From: Tubiluchus corallicola
Lineage: Eukaryota; Animalia; Priapulida
Length of the DNA: 64,000 nucleotides
Reading direction: 5' to 3'
NCBI GenBank assembly: GCA_030141605.1
Contig: JAQGDQ010000159.1
Coordinates: 409,727-473,726 of the forward strand
The notes beneath the pieces are model-generated. The model made no database searches, was not told the origin of the DNA, and saw only the letters and a list, made by a program, of their open reading frames with translations. The first letter of the stretch is position 1; every line of letters begins with the position of its first letter. This document shows, piece after piece, positions 38,153-47,740 of this stretch. The position numbers and the translations under genes were made by a program.

Positions 38153-41100
38153 GGGGGAGACCGGGAAAAATTATTACTTGTATTCTGTAGAATGTAGTTT
38201 AGCGGGCAGTAATTAGCATATATTTTACTATAGCATGATTCAAACGGAAGATCCTCTTCTTGCCACTCCAGCAGTACCAGGGTGTTGGCTTCACATCAGT
38301 AGGATACTGGGTGGCGGTCAAGTAAGTCTAAGGGACCCTGTCCGGGTTGGTCAACGGCTGGTCTTTAGTGTGGAGATGGACAAAAGTGGTAAGTAAAAAG
38401 TCATATCCAGTTAGCAACAAAATCCATAACTTGATTCTTAAGATTTGTATATGTGGTTTCCTACTTCTCTTTCTTGACTATTATGCAAACTGTCGTGTTA
38501 CCTGTGTGGAACGTAACAGTTGTTTAGTTATCACGCTTTCGCTTCGCGATCTAATCTTCGCCGATTGCCACTTTGCAAGCAGTGAAAGATTTTTTGTCTA
38601 TTATAAAGAATCAAAGAAGTGTTGATTCTTTTTCGTTAAATTTTCGTCAAAGTTTGCATTTTATAAAACATGTTTCAACGACATTCAGAACACTTTTTCT
38701 AATAAATCTATAACGTTTTAAAAACTTTAAAACCCATAAAGGTCCGATAAAGCAATTCCTCTTGAAGTGACGTCGTAGTTCCAACGCTGAAACAATTTTT
38801 AGGCAAAATGCGCACTCCGAACATATTCATGGCTTTGGGAACCGATGACCAAAGATCCTATATAAGAACACCCCCCAAAAAGTAGTGCTTTAGGCGGTGA
38901 ACATAGCATCAGACCTTCGATGAGTCAACATGCTTAGAAAGCATACTTAGGAAGGGGTTGTAGGTCAAAGCACCACCAGACAAAGAATTACAGGTTAGTG
39001 AAGCAGCAGACAAAGGACCACTGGTCAAGGTAATACCACGGACAAAGGGCCATCAGTCAACAAACCACCAGACGAACGACCACAAGTCAAAGATTCGCCT
39101 GAAAAGACAAAGGACCATAAAATAAAAATTAACAGACCACGCAAATATCAACCGAAAAACGATTTGAGATACATTTTGCTTTGTGTGGAGATAATTATAT
39201 TATTTGCAAAAGTTAAACTGTAAAGTTTTGAATTTTCTAATTTTGTTAATTTTGTCAGTACCGTATACTCACTAGACCAAAAACATTGTTTTTATGCGTT
39301 GACTAAATCGATGATGCTATAAATCCAAAAAAATAAAAATTTAAAAAAATTAAAATGTTTAAAAAAATTAAGTTTAATTTTATTAGGTTTAACAAAACAG
39401 TTTAGCAATGGCATCTTACATTTACAGATGTGTACGGTTAATATAAGCTAAAAATGTTCACATTTGATCTGAAGTGTGAATGATGTGACTGTGCGAACCA
39501 ACACCAGACAACAGCAGCCCGTTGGACCGCAATTCAAGATGGTACCCCAACGAGAAAGAAATGGATAGTACAGAGCAAAGCTTGTTTTTTTATAAGAATG
39601 GCAACCCCTGTATAAAGTTTTGAGCGCAATAATGTGGCTGCAATGATTGCATTATTTCGGAACGCTTCACTGATAGACAGTAATTAAGACAGAAAGGGTA
39701 ACATGTTTTGTAACGAGCATGTCCCAATGACTTGTGATTATTTTCTTTTTTAGAATTCCGAAACGCGCGAAGCAGGATGTTAATCATGTAATTATTCACT
39801 TGTAGTAGTTTGAATAAATACAAAAAAGCCAGTGACCGCAATTAGGCCGCGTAACACAATCTGTTACAAAATGATATTTTCATATTAAAAACTCGCTCAA
39901 AAAATTCTATCCTCAAGTCTGTTAATGAATACAAAAACTTTTCGTTAATGCTTTTAAAGCATCTAGTCGGCTTTCTTTATCTGTTAGCTTTGTGTATTTG
40001 TTGGTCTTTTATATCTGTTAGTCACAGCTGAGTGCGATGACTGCGATGCGATGTAGTTTTTTAATGTACGACATAAATAAAAAAAACTAATGTTAGACAA
40101 TTATCCATTATTATTAGCATGAAAAATTACCAGTCACACTTTATTAAGTAAAATATTAAGGGTAAGTAAAAGTTGCAATTTCTCTGTTGTCAGCATATCC
40201 ATTGGTGATTCTTTGACTGGTGGGTCCTCAGTCCACCCCTGACAGGTCGTCCTTTGAACCACTTTTAAAGTGTTGAAGGTTAGTGATTCTTTGACATCCG
40301 GTCCTTTGTCCAGGTGATCCTTTGCAAAATCTCGAGGAACACAAGCAGCAGTGACAGAAGCAACAACCTTTCAACAACAACTTGTGATTTCTAGTTATTG
40401 AAACAATTATGGTGATACAATAGGTTACATACTGTCTCCCATGCCACGTGTTGGAATTTGTAGGTAGATATTTCGTCAAAACTTAGCGAAAGCCTTGGTT
40501 ATGTCATTTTGACCTAGCTCTAAATTTCCAATTAAAAATGAAATTAAAATGTACTGTGATTATTGCAGATAATATATTCTTATAGATTATTATAGCTGTA
40601 ATGAAATCTGTATAAGACTGCATATATATTTCGTCTTCTTACAGATGTATATGGCTTCAATGTATACAAATGTATTGTACATGATGGAAATGGACTTTCA
40701 CAGCTTCTCGTAGACGATAATGGGTTAGTATGGATGCGCTTTTCGTGCGTACAAATCCGTGATTTGCCATTTACATCACCTGCTACACTTTTCATTCTAA
40801 TTACACACATTGTAATTGACAAAATTGGAAGTTAAAGAATCCAGCAGCTGATAGAGACTTTAACAAACTTTGAATCATTTCTAGAATTTTTCGTATCCGA
40901 ACATTTTACAACACCCGGCGTACACAGTGAAGTAACGTGTATTATGTGGGAAAGAACCCACAGTGAGCTTTAAGTTTCTATACAGTATCACTGGGCATTA
41001 ATGCTTTAGTTTAGAAATAGAGCATATTTGGTCACGAAGGACTGGTCGGTTCACCTTTTAATAAAACTAAAAAGTTTCAAATTCCTTTCACATTTTTTAC

Positions 41101-44100
41101 CTACGGTATTCTGAAGTTTGGCCAAATTTCTAATAATAAACTGTGCAATTAACCATTAGGATTAAGACTGACATTAAGATTATTGCAAGGTTTTTTGTTT
41201 TTGTTTTAGTTGTTCCCAAGATGAAAATATCTTTGCTGAATTCACATACGACACAGTAGAGCAGAGAGTTTTTACTTTTTTCGATGCTTTTAAATTTCCA
41301 GCTTCTATGGAAGTCTTTTTTCAATGTAACGTTAAACTTTGCTTGAAAAAGTCATGTAAAATAGTAAGTATGATTTTGATTTTGCAATCTTTAGATGTAC
41401 CTTGAATTCCCCCATTTTTCAAGTTGTGATTGTCTTTTTGAAGAATACTGAAGTTTTTGTGGGGTTTTCGCTACCACTCTAAAGAGCAATTGTTGGCGAC
41501 TCCTCTTTAGAAGTTACTTGTTCATGTTCTTCTTGAATCGAGCAAAATTTGGTGCAGATGAGGTGCAAAATTTTTCACTCTTTCTAATTTAGTATTGTGT
41601 AATTGATTTCGTACTATGTTTCGACATAGTGTGGACTATGATTCCACGTAGACATATCTCCAAGTAATTGACAATATAAACTTCTGAATCAGAAAAGTTA
41701 AAGTACTTGTATGATGTAGTGCTTAGTATAGCTACACGAAAAACACGAGGTCCTAAGTTCGCGTCACCGTGGAGGTACAAAATTTTTCAGTCTCCAAATA
41801 GTATTGCTTTCGTGCATTTACGTGGTACAAGCACCATATGCTGTTCAAAGCCGTCTGGGTAAAAAACAAATATGACAAGCATCTCCATTAATAAAATATC
41901 TCTTGCCTCTCTTGTAATTTCCAGCCTAGTTGTAGCAAGGTCGAGAAAGGTAGGCGCAAGCGCAGGGAAGCCAAAGAAGACACACTTACAGACTATAAAG
42001 ATGATACAGAAGATTATGAAAAAGAAGATTTAGATATTGACATCGACGTTGAGAGTATGATATACGTAACAAATGATTTTATTCACGAAGGTACGAATAA
42101 TAATAGTTAATATACATATATATATATAGATAGATAGATATAGGGTGTTTTATTCCAAGTACAGTAGAAATGCCACATAAATTAATCTGGGGTCCTGCAT
42201 TTGATATCATAATGTCATCATTCCAGTATAACTAGTTATAGCATGGTAACTTAACAGACCGTTTTAAAACAAACGTAAGACGCGTTGTATTCATTGTTGA
42301 ATGGTGACATTACGCCTCACACATTAAATTTGAATGCAAAACTGTTTGAAGTGATTTCAAAATAAAATGGTTTGCATTTTCCGTGTGGAAAAGGTATCAT
42401 TGGACTTTATATGGTGCAGTATATTGGTATGCTTACAGCATTTGTTCATGCAGCTTCTATTGATAAACGAAATCTGCAGAACAACTTGTGTAAACAGTAA
42501 TTGTGTAACAATCAGTAATTATACATTTGCCTGTATATTATACATTGTACATCTGTAGCGCATCACGACATATACGATTTCTCTAATTTTATGAGTTGTA
42601 CAGTTTGCAGTTTGAGTTGTCTAGACTCTGCTTTAGGTGATCAACTCAGATAAACTCCGGCTAAAGAAACGCTTCGACGTTCCAGTAAATTTTCTCAGTT
42701 AATTTCATGAAGAAAGGACTGCTAGAAAAGCACCACCGAGTCCAGTCCCTAGATAGACTTTCGTAGGAATTTTTGGACTAACTAAGGAAACTGACAGAGG
42801 TCATTAGTGGCATTCTTGCACATCACAAAATTGTGCCCACTTAACTTTAGGGCTGTGTTTGAAAATGACAAAAATGCTTATTTTGAAAGAAAGAAGCTAG
42901 TTTTTTAATTGTTCAAAATTCTGTTAAAATCAGTGTAAAAGTTTTAGTGATATTTATCGTATGTGATTGTTATATGCCTACTGGAAATCATCCGATATTT
43001 TTCAGTATGTCCTGCAAGATGGCTGCTGGTAGCTCATAAAGGCAGTATCTGGCTATTAGTGCAGGAAGGATGACGATTTTGGCGTCTAAATATAGATTTG
43101 CAAGATCAAGGAATTCATCTGATACTTAAAAGCTCCTGTAATATCGTCTCATTTAGGATTACAATTGCTTTTGAAATGCACTAGCCTTAGTGCACCTTCT
43201 AATGCAGATAGGATATGAATTCTAGTTTTCAAATATATGTCTTAAACTTTCACAAATTCCTATTTACCAAGTAAAATTTCCCTTAGACATCATTTCAATA
43301 AGAAAACAAAGATGGCTGCCAAGACGGCACAAATGCATTCTATTGTAAATAAACTAATAATTTGTTGTATTCTCATAGGCCTTAAACATTAAAAAATCAT
43401 CTCTGATGTATGTGCAAACAAGACTTGCGTGATAATTCTTATATCTACTACAACATACTTTGGCACGCTCTGGATTTTTCAGGCTGTAATGTCCACTGTG
43501 GTTCATATGTCCGTTCAGTTAATCCTTCTCGCCCCAGTCAAATTGTGATAGTATTAAACGGTACGGTTCAACAGTATTGTTTGATATACCGCTTGTTTGG
43601 TGTGCTGTCCAACAGTACTGCAGACATTGGAGGAAATGCTTCAATTGACCTTCCTTTCCTCACGAAGAAGTCTTTACATTTTTGTCAATTGACGTGCATG
43701 TGCTAGCTTTGTCATGCAAAAGTACAAATGTCATTCAGCTGCGCAATTGTAAGTGGTGCTTCGGTCACCTCTTCAAACACAAACACTTGCCATGAGGGTC
43801 ATGCTGTTTTTTTCCTCTCCGTGCAAATGAAGAACTCGGATGGTAATCAGCGAATAGAATTGTGACAGAGCTGATGCTGTTTCAGGGCTGGTGGCGTTCA
43901 GAATTTTATGAACAACTAAGTTATGACATTTGTTTGTTTCAAATTTCGCCATTGCTCATTTATTACGGATACATACTACGTGTTTATAGCCTTGATTGCC
44001 ACAGCAGCATGGAAAAGAAGTTAAATGTCTGCCTCTTCATGACTGCGCTGCAGGGAGATAAAGCAGAAGACCTGTTTTCTTGGTCTGTGTTGTATACAGT

Positions 44101-45549
44101 ATAGTATTTGTTTACCATGATTTTACCCTTAAAGTCTGCTAATGCTGTTATATTTCTTAGAAAACTAAAAAAGCTCTTTTATTTTCATCAACTTTTTTTG
44201 ATGAGTCCAACTTCCCTAAAATATTGTCGTTACTATGGAAATGTCTTCTGGCACCTCTTCCTCGTTTGTCACAAGCAAGATGTTTTTATACCAAACGATA
44301 TCTAATCTCTCTATTCAACGATCTACCCTTTCACTTTGTGATCTTAGTGTTTAAGGAACACATTTTTCCATACTTTTAAATTACTTTAGAAGTCCCTGGT
44401 TTCAAAATTTTCACAATAACAGCTGCATCGAGTAGACCGCTATGTACACAAGAGGATGCAGTAAGGCTAATATATTTGTGACCATCTTCAAATTCTAAAT
44501 CCGATGATATTATAGTATATTATAAAATATGGTCTTCACAAGATAGCGGTAGTTATATTTTTCGGTAGTCTTGAAAACAGCGCGAAATTGAACGACTTTC
44601 GATTGGATCGGCAAAAAAATTAATTACCTTAATGGTTCTAACATTCTTTAAGTTTCAAGTTTCTAAAGCAAAGCGTGCGGCTTTTTCACCGCTCTGCTGA
44701 ACTACCATTTTGCGCCATTTTTAAAACTGCTGCCAGAGGGTGCGGCCACGCTTATAGAAAGTCTATCGAAGCTTTTTTACCTCAAGTGATTATAGTAAAG
44801 GGCTCGTGTGGTTTGGGGTGTCAATTCTAAGATTTTTAGTGACTCTGGTCTATAGGGACAGGACTGACCTGCAGCAGCACCCAGAAAGTTGTCAATGCAG
44901 AATTTTTGCTCACACGTGAAATAACTAGCAGCTTGTTAAGCATTGATATGTACCTGTAACTTGTCAGGTGAACAATATTTTGCGTGATTAATACATGTAT
45001 TGCAAAATATCAGGTTTAAGTTTTGTCATTCAAACAATAATAAGGGTGTCATGTTTATCTAAATTTTATTAATAATTTCTTCTAGACTGTGAATTGCACT
45101 TAAAAAATGTGCTTACTCTTTCGATAGAAATCGTATGTGCCATATGTTGACCAACTATTTCTGCAGGTGAATCAAAACATTATGAATAGAAAAGCTTTTT
45201 GGTGGTGATTCTACTGGTGACTTAGACAGTTGGATCAATAAAACAGTAGTTTTAAAAATGCGTTAACGACGCGAATAACTATGAATTTCTTTCTGTAGAT
45301 GCTCAGACTTTGATTGGACGAACCGCAAACAGCACCCACGGAACAATAAGAATCAGAACAAGTATTCCTGGCATATGCTTAACTCGAGTCGACCTCATAG
45401 CTACATTGACAGCTTGTAGCGTTTTTCTTCTATCGTCTGTCATCATGATAGCAGTATCATGGAGATATTCAGTGCGTAGGAGAACTAGAAGCAATTCTAA
45501 CTCCTTCTACGGAAGAAAGTTTAACTTTTTACATGATCATCACACGTGA
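30509..45549 (+). CDS. Cuticlin-like ZP-domain type I membrane protein (412 aa)
   Basis: Nine exons 30509-30568, 33066-33105, 33640-33830, 34389-34531, 38234-38388, 40645-40723, 41210-41363, 41925-42090, 45299-45549 join in frame (1239 nt). Signal peptide MTRFNKFMVAFIFAFVL; ZP-N VEGIPEINC...PFMGVIYPKG...C...RCG...YTNVIIIQNHPQVVT...C; ZP-C ...LLVDDNGCSQD...AFKFP...VFFQCNVKLC; furin site RRKRR; TM helix and basic tail. Exons 1-2 are less certain. Confidence 0.88.
31409..31493. repeat. (AAT)n microsatellite
   Basis: About 28 perfect AAT units. Confidence 0.97.
34801..36234 (-). CDS. CTU2: Cytoplasmic tRNA 2-thiolation protein 2 (CTU2/Ncs2), uninterrupted CDS nested antisense in ZP intron 4
   Basis: 477-aa ORF with N-terminal CMKC...CRECF..YFTHKFRATIG, degenerate PP-loop VLVAYSGSASS, LAIQAISNLAQGHG, LRPLKEFSSKEIAYY, LQDSYPSTVSTICRTGDKL, CILC and LCYGC motifs, and acidic end IQDFLLNE. 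Confidence 0.93.
   Translation of the reverse strand: MDSESCQSHKDCKVKEYEADLAAALANRTKITSNLCMKCQKEKPVVLARVSDFLCRECFLSYFTHKFRATIGRSKLIRNGERVLVAYSGSASSASLLHLIEEGLAPKSRKKLRFVPGIVYVDVSIITQELNDDSCRENQCQKIIESLSDFNFPCFLTTIEQAMVDAEMFCSNGCYKLASDAKDVTSLTNYTARNKLCKLIQDCTDLTAREDLISKLKTMLINQIARSEGYTKVMTAETGTKLAIQAISNLAQGHGASLSMDVSFNDNRYDSLVVLRPLKEFSSKEIAYYVRLCGIKTVINPSMTALKSFKASMNRLTESFVLDLQDSYPSTVSTICRTGDKLYSAANCQENSENVCILCRTTLPHHTRDSEQSLHASSQHLIVSHPSISGLGNNLQTFDAGTCYKKEAKGCSSEFSNEKGPLLLWRQFLCYGCKITVGDLEISKLPIAIQKEVHRHANRMNTRGEIQDFLLNEFEDN
36767..36783 (-). promoter_or_regulatory. CTCF-like motif between the CTU2 5' end and the tRNA gene
   Basis: TGTCGCCATCTATCAGC (reverse GCTGATAGATGGCGACA) resembles the CCACYAGRKGGCRC core. 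Motif match only. Confidence 0.3.
36826..36898 (+). tRNA. tRNA-Arg-ACG: tRNA-Arg (anticodon ACG)
   Basis: 73-nt cloverleaf GGGCCAGTGGCGCAACGGATAACGCG TCTGC-CTACGGA-GCAGA AGATT GCAGG-TTCGAAT-CCTGC CTGGCTCG with intact A and B boxes. Confidence 0.97.
36899..36905 (+). terminator. RNA Pol III terminator (T7)
   Basis: TTTTTTT immediately after the tRNA discriminator base. Confidence 0.85.
38068..38160. repeat. (GAGT)n/(GA)n microsatellite
   Basis: Purine-rich dinucleotide repeat about 70 bp upstream of ZP exon 5. Confidence 0.9.
38960..40325. mobile_element. Degenerate element with inverted arrays of ACCAGACAAAGGACC-like subrepeats
   Basis: Units such as CACCAGACAAAG/GACAAAGGACCAC at 38960-39120; reverse-complement units GGTCCTTTGTCC/GGTGATTCTTTGAC at 40203-40325. 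Confidence 0.5.
42738..44866 (-). mobile_element. Decayed, internally deleted Academ-like (XPG-domain) DNA transposon in ZP intron 8
   Basis: TIR-like ends GAGTCCAGTCCCTAGATAGAC / GTCTATAGGGACAGGACTG, both flanked by ACC. Minus-strand remnants at ~43450-43890: PETASALSQF, SSFARRGKKTA*PSW, FVLLHDKASTC, KGRSIEAFPPMSAVL, QHTKQAVYQ, YEPQWTLQPEKSRAC. Confidence 0.65.
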
Positions 45550-47440
45550 ATCTGCAAGAGCACTACTGTTTCCACGTGAGTTCAAATACCATTCAATTTG
45601 CCATAAGACGATACAATATGAACCAATCAATATTAAAATTTTTGCTTTGTTATAGGTTATTGGTGCATTCTTTATTTTTGTTCATTTGTTCAAATCTTAT
45701 TTTTGTAACGTTGTCAAAGACAATAAATAAACGTGCAAAATTTGTGAAATTTTGCTAATTTCATCCATGCTGTTATGGGCAATAACTTAATTAGACTGCA
45801 AAATTTACACATACTTTCTGAACCTGATGTTAATTGTTATACATTGGTTGACCCATTTTTCATTTATTCGTTTCATTCAGTCACTCGTGTATTTGCCCGT
45901 TAGTTTTTCATTCGTTTGTTTGTTTATCAATGACAGGCTTACTAGCCAAATGTTTTAGAAATTCTTAACTAAATAATTTTATTTTAATTTCCTTGGTTCT
46001 CTACAAAACCACAAATTAATTACGTTGACAATTCGGCACGCTGCAAGCTAAAATACAGCATTCGATAGCAACACCTACTCAATATTGGATGGATGTGATA
46101 GCATAGCATTTTGCACAATTAATACATGTATTGCAAAATGTGATATTTTTTAATATCAAGAATAAACCTCTAAAAGTCATCAATTCACTAAACGGGCTCA
46201 CCGTTGCTAACTTTCAGTCGCTCACCAGGTGACCACTCGATTATTTACCACGCCCTGTTTAGTTTAAAATACGTTTATGTTTATCACTGAGCTGTTTCAC
46301 ACTAGTTAACATTTCAATATGAATGAAATTAATGATTGGCCCATATAATAACGTAACAAGTCCGTCTAACAATTACTAACTTAACTCATTTTACTGCAAA
46401 AACAATGAGTTACTGCTTCTGCGGTACACAAATCAAAATAGTGACGTCGTAAATATTCTGAAAAAAACGACAATAGACGGCGGATTTAATTTTCATTTCG
46501 AATTTTTTAACTCAAACGAAGTGCGACTTATAATTTAATGTTTATTGTTATTACTACTACTAATATTATTATTATTATAATTATAATTATTATTATTGAC
46601 AGTAGTTATATACAAAATTCAGAAATAACTTCTACATAAATAATTTAAAGTAACTAGCTGATCATGTGAACAACTGGTGAACAAACTGATCATTGTAGTA
46701 GTGCATTTTAACGTGCACGCGATACCCAATAAAGTCTCAGGCTATGACCCTCACACTACACTACAGTCTTATATGAATTAATGACCAGTATTAGTTATCA
46801 TTGCCACCGCATTTAGTTATTTTACTAAGTTGTCGGCTGCGATAATTTTAAAAATAGTAAACAAATAAATATACAAAATGTTACGTTAACATTTTATAAA
46901 TTCATATGCGTATATCTCTACTTACTATTCAACTTTACGTCCATATTGTTTAATTACAACGGTTAGTGAACGCTTTCGTCTACCTATTTGTCAGACTAAG
47001 TGCCTTAAGACCCATTAACAAAGAGCATACTAATACAGTAAAACAAACAATTTGCATTAACTATAGACCTACTCTACTTAAATTAGACAAAACACAACAT
47101 TTTTCAGAAAATCCGGCAACTTATTATCCGGCAAACATTTTTCTTCCGGAAGAATTACTTGTTCTGCTGTTTGTAAACTCTGTCTGAAGCATTGGCAGCT
47201 GCCTGCTTAGCTCGGATCAGATTTGGATCGTCCACTATGGTCGTGTAGTGTCCTTTCTGTTTCTCGTATCCTTCCAAATATTTCAGCTAAATAAAAACAG
47301 GATAAATTTAACGTTCATTCACGCTAGATGGCGGTTAAAGTAAAAGGGCTAACCATAGGAGAGTATGAGTCTACTATCTAGCGCTAACCATATCTGAGCT
47401 ACACAGTTAGATGGCCACACCTTGTTAAAGTGCACGTGCA

Positions 47441-47720
47441 TGCGCATGCGCGTAATTTGCTATAAAAGAAGTGAGCACGTAGTTTTCTACGTCTCTGTCG
47501 TGTTGTCACGTCCACCATGTGTGCTGCTCTTTCCAGTGCCTAGCAGTGATTGCCATTTTGGTAGGTACGGCATAGTTCGAATCTAATTAATTATCTTTTG
47601 TCTTTGTTTCTTGTGCACTCCTTCCTGGTAGGATGCAAAGCGGTCAAACGAAGACTGACTGCTCAGCCGTCTTCGCGTTCCTCGACCCCCTGGCAGCTAT
47701 CAGGGGAGAGTTCCGCAACA
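47441..47720 (+). repeat. 5' LTR (portion homologous to the 3' LTR)
   Basis: Matches 52253-52531; ends ...CCGCAACA; TATAAAAG at 47461. Confidence 0.9.
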
Positions 47721-47721
47721 C

Positions 47722-47740
47722 TGGTGTCGAAGTTGGGGAT
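47722..47740 (+). other. Primer-binding site, probably tRNA-Leu type
   Basis: TGGTGTCGAAGTTGGGGAT 1 nt after the LTR resembles TGGTGTCAGAAGTGGGAT, the complement of a tRNA-Leu 3' end. Confidence 0.7.
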
